From positions 368,711 to 432,710 of the IMG/VR virus record IMGVR_UViG_3300015615_000629: 64,000 nucleotides of DNA; one strand, written 5' to 3'. A program made the translations under genes and the position numbers. Every line of letters begins with the position of its first letter. Position 1 is the first letter of the stretch. Source of the stretch: a virus (Duplodnaviria > Heunggongvirae > Uroviricota > Caudoviricetes). Below, in pieces: positions 9,357 through 18,453 of this stretch. The notes beneath the pieces are model-generated. The model saw nothing but the letters and a program-made list of their open reading frames with translations, did not search any database and had not been told where the DNA came from.

Positions 9357-9583
9357 GAAGTTTGATTAATGAACTAGAACAGCAAGAATTAATTCAAAAA
9401 CTATCAAATAATGGCTTCGGAACACTAATAGAAACACTGCTACTTAACGAAAATAAAGTATATACCAAAAAAGGACGATTGAACAAAAGCGGGGCTTGCA
9501 GAGTTTTAGGCTGTAAACCCAAAGAACTAGAAGACGCTTTGGAAAAATGCAAGAAAATTCTTGCTAACGACCTAGAAAACTAG
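9353..9583 (+). CDS. small HTH-like protein
   Basis: LNKSGACRVLGCKPKELEDALEKCK helix-turn-helix pattern; ATGA-coupled to sigma gene. Confidence 0.55.
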   Translation: MRSLINELEQQELIQKLSNNGFGTLIETLLLNENKVYTKKGRLNKSGACRVLGCKPKELEDALEKCKKILANDLEN

Positions 9584-10086
9584 AACGATTCGGTATACGC
9601 TCTGTCGTATCTCAAGGCTATTTCAGCAGTTACATATTCTGAGCTAGCCATATCCAATTCGCCGAATTCGATTGACTGCGGCCACGCATTATCAAATCTC
9701 CATCTTTCAATGATGTCTCCACAACCGTTATACAACTCTAATCTAGCATTTACGTAAAAGTCGGTATCTCCTGAAGGAGTCCAAGAACCTTGATTTGGAT
9801 CATAAATTCTCGACAACCATTCAAATACAACATTATTGCTAGAAGCCAAATCATAAAGAACAAGATTAACAGGCTTCCAGTCGGGACGCCCTGGGCGGTA
9901 AACTGTTTCATTCAAGCCAGGGATTTCTATTTCTCGAAAGTTTAAGCCAGGACGAGCACTTTTTACGGGTGGCAAGGCGTTAGTACCTTCAGCAGAGATT
10001 CCAGGTACGAAGAATAACCATCTGAATTTACGCTTAAAACACGTTGAATTCTTCTCTAAACCAAAATTCAATCCCATACCTGCCAT
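9580..10086 (-). CDS. tail tube protein paralog (T4 gp19-like)
   Basis: FKRKFRWLF, ARPGLNFREIEI, ERWRFDNAWPQSIEFGELDMASSE, LRYDRA; similar to 43060-43620. Confidence 0.85.
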   Translation of the reverse strand: MAGMGLNFGLEKNSTCFKRKFRWLFFVPGISAEGTNALPPVKSARPGLNFREIEIPGLNETVYRPGRPDWKPVNLVLYDLASSNNVVFEWLSRIYDPNQGSWTPSGDTDFYVNARLELYNGCGDIIERWRFDNAWPQSIEFGELDMASSEYVTAEIALRYDRAYTESF

Positions 10087-10088
10087 AG

Positions 10089-11006
10089 TTACTCCTTATA
10101 CAAATGATAGACAGATTTATCCCCGTGGTCTAAGCCTTTTCCTACAAATTCAATTCTGTTGAACCAATCTGTCCAGGGTTTTCCCAATTCAGTCAAATTC
10201 CTCGTGGTCTTGCCATTATCCTCAAATATTACCATTTTCGCTTTTTTAACCACTTCTGGTATATCTATGTGATAATTTAGTGAAAGAAAGAACACAATAT
10301 CCCAAATTCTTTCCGTATCGTATCCTTTGCTTAAATCGACTACCTCATAATCAATATTGAAGTTTCCTAAGTAGTTAGCAAGGTGTTTGGCAGCAAATAC
10401 AGGGCCTTCCATGTCTACTCCAAGGACTCTTTTGGCCCCATGATTGTCCGCATATCTACAGAAAAAGCCTCCTGCACAACCAATATCCAGAACCCATTTA
10501 TCTTTAAAGTCTACTTTTTCTAATTGCATGTAATTTATGCGGTCAAGACTTTTTCTTGGTCCGCCATTTAAACCAAGTTCTGGCACGGCTTGATAGTAGA
10601 TTTTACCATACTTGCCATCTTTGAAATAAATGTCCTTTATAGTTTGGGTGTAATCTCTGATAAATTCACAATTATAGAAATTAACTTCTTCTCCATCTGA
10701 TTCTTTAATTGAAAAACCATATTTTTCCGCAATAGATTTAATTTTTCCGTCACAAAAAACTTTTTTAGGGAATCCATCTATGGACTGGCAAAACTCTCCC
10801 GTGCAGGATTTTATCCCTGTTATTCGAGATACTTCTGGATTTTCTATATGAGCTATATTCTGAATCTTAGAGGCTTGCAGAACTTCTGGAAACCTCTTGT
10901 CGCATGGCCCCAAGAACCCTCCGGAAAAAACAACATTAGATTCATATGAATCGAAGATTTTGCCTTCTTTTGATTTGAAATATACTTCACGTTCATTGAG
11001 TATCAT
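10089..11006 (-). CDS. class I SAM-dependent methyltransferase with N-terminal extra domain
   Basis: DFKDKWVLDIGCAGGFF, RVLGVD motifs. Confidence 0.8.
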   Translation of the reverse strand: MILNEREVYFKSKEGKIFDSYESNVVFSGGFLGPCDKRFPEVLQASKIQNIAHIENPEVSRITGIKSCTGEFCQSIDGFPKKVFCDGKIKSIAEKYGFSIKESDGEEVNFYNCEFIRDYTQTIKDIYFKDGKYGKIYYQAVPELGLNGGPRKSLDRINYMQLEKVDFKDKWVLDIGCAGGFFCRYADNHGAKRVLGVDMEGPVFAAKHLANYLGNFNIDYEVVDLSKGYDTERIWDIVFFLSLNYHIDIPEVVKKAKMVIFEDNGKTTRNLTELGKPWTDWFNRIEFVGKGLDHGDKSVYHLYKE

Positions 11007-12405
11007 GTTTTCTCTGGAATCCTTGAAAGTCTACTATCTTTCCTTTTATTATATCCAATTCAGAAATCAACTTGAAATTAGCCATTGCAAAAGGGCTGTT
11101 ATTGCAAACAAGATCAATTTTATTTAAAGCGGCACATCTTTCTTCGTAAGTTGTTACTCTATCGGAACTTATGAATTCTACAATTTGGGCTGGATATAGT
11201 TTACCTCTTCGTGCTAAAAATACTGTGTGAAAGTATTTAGGAGCCAAGCCTTTTGTATATAGGAACTTCTGTGCTTCTATTGAATCAAGTAGTTTGCTTA
11301 CTTTTCTACCTTCGATAGCAGATTCTAACATCTTTTCAGTAGGGGCATCCCCCCAATAGTAATTCTCAAGCGTTACATCTGAAGTTGAATCCATGAAGAC
11401 TTTTAGACAAACATTGCCTTCTATCAGGAATCTTTTTTTAATCCTGGTTAACAAAGGGTCGTTTTCAATGATGAAACAGCATTTCCCGCGAGTTAAATTA
11501 ACCTTGTGTCTTCCTTTGTCGAAAGGCTCAAGGAATTCATCGGCATCGAAAATGACGTATTTGTTGCTGTCTATAAAATCCTGCACATAGTCTTTAAGTT
11601 CGTGTATCGGTTCCCAAGACAGCTTCTGTTTTGTTTCTTCCAAATCCGCCAAGGTAGCAATTGCTTCTCCAGGTCTAGCCGGTAAATACTTCACTTCATC
11701 TGGCTTGAACATCTCTACAACTTCATTAACAGAATGGTTTGCTCCCCTGCCAAGGTTAAATGTTTCGCCATTCCATTCTTTTAATGAAATTTGAATTAAT
11801 CCTTCTACAATGTCCTTTACATGGGTAAAATCTCTTCTTTGCTCCCCTGTTCCTACTACCGTAAAGGGTCGTCTATTTAAATATTGTTTCTCGAAGATGC
11901 CCAAAACGCAGCAATAATCCCCTTCGCGACTGTGTCTCGGCCCATAAACATTAAAGAATCTTGCAATTGCGGTAGATAAACCAAAACTTTTATTGTACAT
12001 CCGGCAATGTTCTTCCCCAATCCACTTAGAATGAGCATAGGGGTTCATATGAGGATCAAAATAAAATGAACTAGAACCAGCATAGATTACCTTTGCTTTT
12101 GTTCGTTTGGCATATTCTAAGACTTGAATAGTGCCGCTACAATTTACAGAGACGGTTTCCGCAGGATCAATAAAACTCGGTTGAATTCTAGGCAAGGCTG
12201 CCAAATGGAAAATAGTATCAATTTCCCAAGGCAAATCAAGATTTCGAATATCCGCGTGTATAAACTTGGCTTTTGGGTTTAGATTTTCCAATCTTCCCGT
12301 AGTTAAATTATCTACAATATGGACATTATGCCCCAGAAAAATCAATTTATCTACTAAATTGCTTCCAATAAACCCACAACCACCTGTTACCAATATGTTT
12401 GACAT
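10993..12405 (-). CDS. NDP-sugar epimerase/dehydratase (extended SDR) with C-terminal extra domain
   Basis: ILVTGGCGFIGS, FHLAALP, YAHSK (YxxxK), RFFNVYGP, RDFTHVKD. Confidence 0.9.
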   Translation of the reverse strand: MSNILVTGGCGFIGSNLVDKLIFLGHNVHIVDNLTTGRLENLNPKAKFIHADIRNLDLPWEIDTIFHLAALPRIQPSFIDPAETVSVNCSGTIQVLEYAKRTKAKVIYAGSSSFYFDPHMNPYAHSKWIGEEHCRMYNKSFGLSTAIARFFNVYGPRHSREGDYCCVLGIFEKQYLNRRPFTVVGTGEQRRDFTHVKDIVEGLIQISLKEWNGETFNLGRGANHSVNEVVEMFKPDEVKYLPARPGEAIATLADLEETKQKLSWEPIHELKDYVQDFIDSNKYVIFDADEFLEPFDKGRHKVNLTRGKCCFIIENDPLLTRIKKRFLIEGNVCLKVFMDSTSDVTLENYYWGDAPTEKMLESAIEGRKVSKLLDSIEAQKFLYTKGLAPKYFHTVFLARRGKLYPAQIVEFISSDRVTTYEERCAALNKIDLVCNNSPFAMANFKLISELDIIKGKIVDFQGFQRKHDTQ

Positions 12406-12455
12406 CGATTTATTACAGTAAGTACAAAGAATATATATTCCTAGAGAGGAATTAA

Positions 12456-12776
12456 ATGGATTACACAGGGACAGGTGGTTTTAGATTACGTGGCTGTGCT
12501 GTTGTTACTAAAACTGACACAATTATTACCAAATTTGAAGTGCGTGATTCCGCTTATGTCTGTGAAGACTCCCTCAATGGAATCTCAACTAAAATTTGGA
12601 TTAAAAAGATACTAATCAATTCAAATGTGATTGTTTATAAGGATACATACAATGAACTTTGGCTTGAAGATGAACTCTGTACGGCAGAAGAAGCATCTGA
12701 CAACATTACTGCTTATGAAGATTATCTTGCAAGAAAGTTAGAAGACTTGGCCGGTATTTGTCGAAAGGAAATATGA
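12456..12776 (+). CDS. hypothetical protein
   Basis: GAGAGGA SD and ATATATA motif upstream. Confidence 0.55.
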   Translation: MDYTGTGGFRLRGCAVVTKTDTIITKFEVRDSAYVCEDSLNGISTKIWIKKILINSNVIVYKDTYNELWLEDELCTAEEASDNITAYEDYLARKLEDLAGICRKEI

Positions 12777-13210
12777 TATTTAAATTAAACCCACTTGGCG
12801 AAGTATTGCATTTTGATGATTTGCAAAAATATCTAGAAAATCTTTCAAAAGAATGGGATGAGGCTGTCGCTACGGCGAAAGCAGCATGGCCCAAGGCCAA
12901 AACAGATATAATTGACGTAACTAAATTCTTGTTGCGTTGTTTGGATGGATTAATTGATTTTATTGAGAGACTGTCCAACAGCGGCCCCGATAAAAAGGCG
13001 ACTGTTTTAGCCGCTGTAGCTGTCTTATACGATTACATTGTAATTGGTGTTCTTCCAATTTGGCTTAAACCATTTGCCAGCAAGGTAAAACTTTTCATAG
13101 TTTATACAGTTATTTCTGCTGCTGTGGACTTTATCGTTCAGAAGTATCGTGATGGCTCATGGAAATTTGATGAAACTAAGAGTGGCAAACAGGTTCCAGA
13201 TATCGTCTAA
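12758..13210 (+). CDS. putative membrane/holin-like protein
   Basis: GPDKKATVLAAV followed by hydrophobic helices. Confidence 0.45.
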   Translation: MSKGNMIFKLNPLGEVLHFDDLQKYLENLSKEWDEAVATAKAAWPKAKTDIIDVTKFLLRCLDGLIDFIERLSNSGPDKKATVLAAVAVLYDYIVIGVLPIWLKPFASKVKLFIVYTVISAAVDFIVQKYRDGSWKFDETKSGKQVPDIV

Positions 13211-13426
13211 GGTTTTATCTGCCGAATCGAAGTCTTTATTCAAGATATGTTGTTCGAATACAACGTTTAATATCTCTTTTTGCTCTTTAACGGAGTTGAT
13301 AGCATTGACTCTTCTTTTGATTTCCCCTGCTTTTTCGTAGCTTTCAGATTTTATATATTTTTTCTGTCGTTTGAGCATTATCTCTACAAATTTATCCAAG
13401 CGATCATTTTTAAGGTAAATCGACAT
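13157..13426 (-). CDS. hypothetical protein
   Basis: Coupled to upstream stop. Confidence 0.45.
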   Translation of the reverse strand: MSIYLKNDRLDKFVEIMLKRQKKYIKSESYEKAGEIKRRVNAINSVKEQKEILNVVFEQHILNKDFDSADKTLDDIWNLFATLSFIKFP

Positions 13427-14193
13427 TAGGCTGGGATTCCTCTGAATTTTAATGTAAAGCCGTCATTTTCTTTGGGGGTGGAATTTGGAGTCATGGTTCG
13501 TTTGATCCATAATGGAAATCCATCTGTCGGTAACAATGTTCCTATTACAATAGCATCTTCTTCAAAACTTACACCACCTGGAGTTATTTTTGGGCTTGTT
13601 ATTGATGCGGTAATTGCATTAATAGGAGAGCCATCTGCCAATTTGCTGATTGAAATAGTGTTTGAACCTACTAAATTGTTGTTTATCAAGGTAAGCAAAG
13701 GATGGTATTTGTTGTCGCTATCTCCAAGAAATCCTACTGTAAAAAAGACCGTGGTAGAGTTGTTAAAAACTCCCACCTCCACGTCTTCCAGTCCTGATAT
13801 GGCACTAATTTGATCTTGAAAATTAGTAGCCCATTGTACCACATTTGGATTATGCGGTACGGTAAACTGCGTGCCATCATAATCCAATATGAAATTTCCA
13901 GTCACTACTGTTCCTGTAACTTCAACTCTTTGAAGGTCGGTTGCTGTCCGAACGCCCAACAAACAATTCTCGGAGTTTTCTGCCAACACATGAGCACTGC
14001 TTATCGAATAAGCATTGTCGTTAAAAATATAGATACATCTGTATTCTGTAGTTGAAACTGTTGGTACTTGAGGTACATCGCCGAATAGATTGTTTACAAA
14101 AGGGCTTATGGCATTTGAAGAGGGTTCGCCACCCAATGATAAGTTAGGGTTTTTGTTATCAGAACCTCCGGATAAAACGATGCTTATGCTCAT
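13426..14193 (-). CDS. putative virion structural protein
   Basis: LSGG..N.NPNLSLGG, EYRCIYIFN; S/T/N/G/V-rich beta composition. Confidence 0.55.
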   Translation of the reverse strand: MSISIVLSGGSDNKNPNLSLGGEPSSNAISPFVNNLFGDVPQVPTVSTTEYRCIYIFNDNAYSISSAHVLAENSENCLLGVRTATDLQRVEVTGTVVTGNFILDYDGTQFTVPHNPNVVQWATNFQDQISAISGLEDVEVGVFNNSTTVFFTVGFLGDSDNKYHPLLTLINNNLVGSNTISISKLADGSPINAITASITSPKITPGGVSFEEDAIVIGTLLPTDGFPLWIKRTMTPNSTPKENDGFTLKFRGIPA

Positions 14194-14462
14194 TTCAGGA
14201 TATATCTAACGTTTCTGGGCGTATATTTGGTGAATTCTGCTATTTTGTTAACAGGAAGACCGGAATCATTTAATGATTTGACATGGTGTCGTCTATCATT
14301 TATTCTATTCGGTTCACCGATTTCTCTTATTATACGATATATCTCACCAATAGAAACTCCTGTTTGGCGTGCTATTTCTCGCACCGACAGGCTAGAATCA
14401 TGGTAATATAGATTTAAAACATCTGTTCTTGATTCTTGGATTACAAATTCTTTGAAGTCCAT
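14190..14462 (-). CDS. tandem HTH protein with capsid-targeting-like N-terminus
   Basis: Start MDFKEFVIQE; LSVREIARQTGVSIGEIYRII and LPVNKIAEFTKYTPRNVRYIL. Confidence 0.75.
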   Translation of the reverse strand: MDFKEFVIQESRTDVLNLYYHDSSLSVREIARQTGVSIGEIYRIIREIGEPNRINDRRHHVKSLNDSGLPVNKIAEFTKYTPRNVRYILK

Positions 14463-14526
14463 GTTGTATTTAAACAAAAAAGGCTGGAATATTCCAGCCT
14501 TTTTTGTGACTACTTGTTTTTTATCT

Positions 14527-15117
14527 CTATTCCGGTTGTCCCATCGCACCAGGAGCAAATCCTAGTTGTCCTGGCCCTGGCTCTGCCAAACCATCATTTG
14601 GATTGGTTGGAGCAATTAAAGCATCTTCTTTAACTGTGGTAAAACCATCCCAGAACTTCTGATTCATATCAGAATTTGTCATCGAATAGACGCTATTGAA
14701 CCAATCTTGTTCCTCTTTCTTCATCTTCTTCATGTTTTTCTTCATCTTTTTCATTTTCTTCATGAAGGGAGTAAGAGTTTCGCTATCTTCTTCGTCATCT
14801 TCGGGTTCTTCTTCACCCTTATCTACATCAGTGACTTCTTCATCGTCGTCATCGTCATCATCTTCTTCGTCATCCATTTCTGGCTTTTCATCTTCGGGAG
14901 CCGCGTCGTCAACAGGCGGCTTCTTCATCATTGCACCTGCTTCAACGTCCATTTTCTTCTTCATTTTCTTGGCTTCATCGAGTTCACTCCCTGCTTCAGG
15001 TTCGGTTCCAAGAACAGTTCCAATTGGGGGAGCAACTGCATTAACTTGTGACAAACCAAGTGTGAACGTACCACCAAGCGACTCGTTCAGCATTTGCCAT
15101 TGTTTGAATGTGATCAT
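14527..15117 (-). CDS. low-complexity acidic/basic protein, prohead-core-like
   Basis: MITFKQWQMLNE start, D/E tract between KKM repeats, AAGAGGT SD. Confidence 0.6.
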   Translation of the reverse strand: MITFKQWQMLNESLGGTFTLGLSQVNAVAPPIGTVLGTEPEAGSELDEAKKMKKKMDVEAGAMMKKPPVDDAAPEDEKPEMDDEEDDDDDDDEEVTDVDKGEEEPEDDEEDSETLTPFMKKMKKMKKNMKKMKKEEQDWFNSVYSMTNSDMNQKFWDGFTTVKEDALIAPTNPNDGLAEPGPGQLGFAPGAMGQPE

Positions 15118-15153
15118 TTTACCTCTTTTGATTGAGTTAAAACTATATATCTC

Positions 15154-16056
15154 TTGGAGTTTGTTTTTCGAATGAAAAAATACCAGATATACTATGTCGT
15201 CTTCTCTTTAATCCTGTTTGGGGCATTATGTTATGTTTCTTCTAACAATAGCAATATTGAGCTGTCTTACGATGATATTCCGGAAATTATACAAAAAGGC
15301 GATCAAAAACAAGAAAAACCACTCATTAAAGAAATAAACGAGAAAAACGCCAAAGTCCAATCCATTGCCTACGACAATGTCGATATGATTTTAAGAAAAG
15401 ACATTGCAGTTAGGCTAACTGGTAAAATCTATTACGAAAAACCAAAAAATAGTCGTCTAATCGTCGAAAGTAGACTTGGAAAAGAAACAGATGCCGGCTC
15501 AAATAGCGAATCTTTTTGGTTTTGGTCTCACCGCTTAGATGATTGCCTGTACTTTGCCAAATATGAAAATCTATACGATACGCCGCTTAAAACACCATTT
15601 AATCCAGGCTGGATTGTCGAAACTTTGGGAATCTCTAACCTAAACGAAGAAGCAGAATACGTAGAATACGAAGATAAAGTAGTTCTCAAAGAACATACCA
15701 AAAGCATTGAAAATAAGCCAGTTATTAAACTAACTTTGCTGGACAAACAGAACAAAAGGATATTAGGACATTACATCTTAAATCTAGAAAATAAGGTAAT
15801 TGTGTCTTCGGAAATCAAAGAGTTCTACGAAATAGATGGTTATTCTTTCCCCAAAAAGATGAAAACAGTTTGGTTCGAAGAAAATGTTTCTATAGAATGG
15901 AATTTCAATCCGCCAAAAGTTAATTCCAATCTTCCTAAGTCTCTATGGATGATGCCTAAGTCTAGGAATAAAAAGGAGTTACGAGATTTTTCCGAAGTTC
16001 TTTCGAAGGATCTCCGCTCTCCGCTTTTGTTCAAGAGATCGCCTTTCGCTAGATAG
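15154..16056 (+). CDS. exported protein, LolA-like fold suspected
   Basis: N-terminal TM; GKIYYEKPKNSRL...DAGSNSESFWFW. Confidence 0.5.
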   Translation: MEFVFRMKKYQIYYVVFSLILFGALCYVSSNNSNIELSYDDIPEIIQKGDQKQEKPLIKEINEKNAKVQSIAYDNVDMILRKDIAVRLTGKIYYEKPKNSRLIVESRLGKETDAGSNSESFWFWSHRLDDCLYFAKYENLYDTPLKTPFNPGWIVETLGISNLNEEAEYVEYEDKVVLKEHTKSIENKPVIKLTLLDKQNKRILGHYILNLENKVIVSSEIKEFYEIDGYSFPKKMKTVWFEENVSIEWNFNPPKVNSNLPKSLWMMPKSRNKKELRDFSEVLSKDLRSPLLFKRSPFAR

Positions 16057-16194
16057 TCCAGACTGGGATATTTGGCGTGTAATCGGAGCCACAGCGGCAA
16101 TACCGCCGCGAACTGAGCGTTGCTTCATTGTAATGACTTTAGATGATGGGAGTTTTGCGTTTCTGACTGTATTTTTACTGCAACCACAAGCCAT
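15979..16194 (-). CDS. small basic protein, MACGCSK start
   Basis: TAGGAGA SD. Confidence 0.6.
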   Translation of the reverse strand: MACGCSKNTVRNAKLPSSKVITMKQRSVRGGIAAVAPITRQISQSGLSSERRSLEQKRRAEILRKNFGKIS

Positions 16195-16202
16195 ATTTTC
16201 TC

Positions 16203-16310
16203 CTAAATGAAAATCCTTTTTTTAGGCTGAACTTTGACACTTGCTTGTCTTTTGCCACAATTACATCCTTTTGAGGCTGCGGCTTTCACTGTTGTTTTCT
16301 TCTTTTCCAC
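16203..16310 (-). CDS. 35 aa basic protein with GCNCGK motif
   Basis: Hand translation from GTG: MEKKKTTVKAAASKGCNCGKRQASVKVQPKKRIFI; CTAAATAG upstream; stop overlaps next SD. Confidence 0.55.
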   Translation of the reverse strand: MEKKKTTVKAAASKGCNCGKRQASVKVQPKKRIFI

Positions 16311-16325
16311 ACTACTATTTAGTAT

Positions 16326-17759
16326 ATGAACAGTGAAAAGATTGTAAATGACGCAATAAACCGCTCTCTTGAGTTGTTAAATGAAAATTCCATCTTCGAG
16401 GCAGAGTTGGTTTTAGAACAAGTTCTCAAGGTAAATCCGAAGGAATTAAACGCAAAACAATTACTCGCTCTCACCAAATACAAGAAGGGAGATAGCGTTG
16501 TCGCTCTTAATCTATTTAAAGAAGTAATTGAAGAAGAACCAAACAATCATCAAGCCCATAATAACCTTTCATTATGTTTTTCTTATGAAAACAACATGGA
16601 AATGGCTCTCTTCCATATTCGAAAAGCAATTAAAATCTGTCCAACTGAATATGCTTATCATAACAATCTTGCTATGAGACTATCTCAATCTGGAAACAGA
16701 TTAGAAGCGATTAAATCATTCAAAAAGGCTGCAAAACTAGGAAAAAAAGACGCTAATGTATTAACCAATTTGGGAAATACTTATGGGATTAAGGACGTAG
16801 ACAAAGCCATAAAGAGTTTTAAATCTGCATTAGAAATCAACCCAGAACATGCCGATGCACATGTAAATCTAGCTTACGCTTATTTCTTTAAAGGACAACT
16901 TAATAAAGCGTGGCCTCATTATGAATATAGATTGGAAAGTTTCCCCCAAGCAGAGTATTTTAAGAAAATTTATCCTAATAAAAGACTGAGAAGATGGGAT
17001 GACATACAAGGTAAAACTATTGTTGTCTATTGCGAGCAAGGAGCAGGAGATTTTATACAGTTTTCTAGATATTTACCTGTACTAATTAAATTAGGAGTAA
17101 ATGTTCTACTCCACACCCCTCCTGAACTGATTAGTCTTTTCAAAAACAACTTTCCTTGCGAAATTGCCGAAGATTTCCGAGATAGAGAATATGATTATGT
17201 CTGTTCCGTTCTTAGTTTGCCGTATTTACTAAACACAAAGATATCTGGAAAACCTTATTTGAAAATAGACAAAAAGATAGACTTGCCTAAAGACAAATTC
17301 AAAATAGGCATCGTATGGGCAGGAAGTCCTTTGCATCCAAATGACATGGATAGGTCTTGCAAAGCAGAGTTTTTTAATGTTTTAAACGATATTGAAAATG
17401 TAAAAATATACTCCTTACAGAAGGACTTAAGAAAAAGGGCGTATCTTACGCATCCGGAGCCAATAGACTTAGCAGAAGGAATTGGAAAGGATTGGATTGA
17501 TATGTCCGAAGTAATGAATGACTATAATGATACTGCTGTGATTATTTCGAGTTTAGATTTGGTAATTTGCGTTGATACCTCAGTCCTTCATCTGGCCGGT
17601 GCTTTGGGTAAACCGTGTTGGGGCTTGATTACAGAGAATCCAGATTGGAGATGGGGATTAACTAAAAATGTGACTAAATGGTACAATAGCGTAAGGCTTT
17701 TTAGGAAGAACGGCTCGTGGGAAGAACTTTTTCAGAGGATCAGACATGAAAAAGATTAA
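16326..17759 (+). CDS. TPR-repeat glycosyltransferase (GT9/heptosyltransferase-like C-terminus)
   Basis: Multiple TPRs; CEQGAGDFIQFSRY, IGIVWAGSP, LDLVICVDTSVLHLAGALGKP, DWRW. Confidence 0.85.
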   Translation: MNSEKIVNDAINRSLELLNENSIFEAELVLEQVLKVNPKELNAKQLLALTKYKKGDSVVALNLFKEVIEEEPNNHQAHNNLSLCFSYENNMEMALFHIRKAIKICPTEYAYHNNLAMRLSQSGNRLEAIKSFKKAAKLGKKDANVLTNLGNTYGIKDVDKAIKSFKSALEINPEHADAHVNLAYAYFFKGQLNKAWPHYEYRLESFPQAEYFKKIYPNKRLRRWDDIQGKTIVVYCEQGAGDFIQFSRYLPVLIKLGVNVLLHTPPELISLFKNNFPCEIAEDFRDREYDYVCSVLSLPYLLNTKISGKPYLKIDKKIDLPKDKFKIGIVWAGSPLHPNDMDRSCKAEFFNVLNDIENVKIYSLQKDLRKRAYLTHPEPIDLAEGIGKDWIDMSEVMNDYNDTAVIISSLDLVICVDTSVLHLAGALGKPCWGLITENPDWRWGLTKNVTKWYNSVRLFRKNGSWEELFQRIRHEKD

Positions 17760-18453
17760 ATGGTGGATTGTTTTGGTGGTCTTGTTATTAGTAACCTATA
17801 GACTCCAAACAACAATTAAGCCACAATTTCCCGAGAAATTTGTAATTCCAAACTTTAAAGCATTACAACAACCAGATGGAATTACTTGCGGGCCTACATC
17901 CGCTACAATGTTGCTAAACTATTACGGTATAAGCACTAACGTTGATGAGATCAAGAAATTATCTAAAACAGAGTGGTTTAATTACAAAGGCAATCCTATT
18001 GGATTGACGACGCCAGAATATTTGCAAAAAGCCATAGAAAAGAAAGGGTTAGATTGCAGGCTAACGCATGGAAACTTAGATATTTTGAAGACTTCTGTAA
18101 GTAGGGATGAGCCGTGTTTAGTGTTGTTAAGAAGTGGAAAGACTTTATGGCATTATGTGGTTGTAGTGGGTTACGATGAAAGAAATGTGTTATTTGCCGA
18201 CCCTGGAAGTGGTCGGATTGAGACTTTATCTAATGATATTTTTTTGGAGTCTTGGAAGTTTTCCAAGGACATGTCTGGGGTGGATTGTCTTAAAACGTGT
18301 CCTGTTTGTCATGGAACTGGTAATTTTCTTTCAATTCCTTGTGACTTGTGCGGCGGGACTGGTAGGATTATTGATATTTTAGATGAATCTTTACATTTAG
18401 CCGAAGTGAGGCCGAACACGGTGATAATACCAATAAAAAAAGCCCAACGTTAA
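17746..18453 (+). CDS. membrane-anchored C39-like cysteine peptidase with DnaJ-type Zn finger insert
   Basis: QQPDGITCGPTS, HYVVVVGYD; CPVCHGTG and CDLCGGTG. Confidence 0.8.
   Translation: MKKIKWWIVLVVLLLVTYRLQTTIKPQFPEKFVIPNFKALQQPDGITCGPTSATMLLNYYGISTNVDEIKKLSKTEWFNYKGNPIGLTTPEYLQKAIEKKGLDCRLTHGNLDILKTSVSRDEPCLVLLRSGKTLWHYVVVVGYDERNVLFADPGSGRIETLSNDIFLESWKFSKDMSGVDCLKTCPVCHGTGNFLSIPCDLCGGTGRIIDILDESLHLAEVRPNTVIIPIKKAQR

Noticed and set aside
13472-14055. Plus-strand ORFs opposite 13426-14193, and similar short antisense ORFs throughout the track
   Set aside because: Fully overlap better-supported genes and have no SD or motifs.
14436-15175. Plus-strand ORFs rich in S, F and I
   Set aside because: Antisense read-through of the low-complexity D/E/K/M gene on the minus strand.
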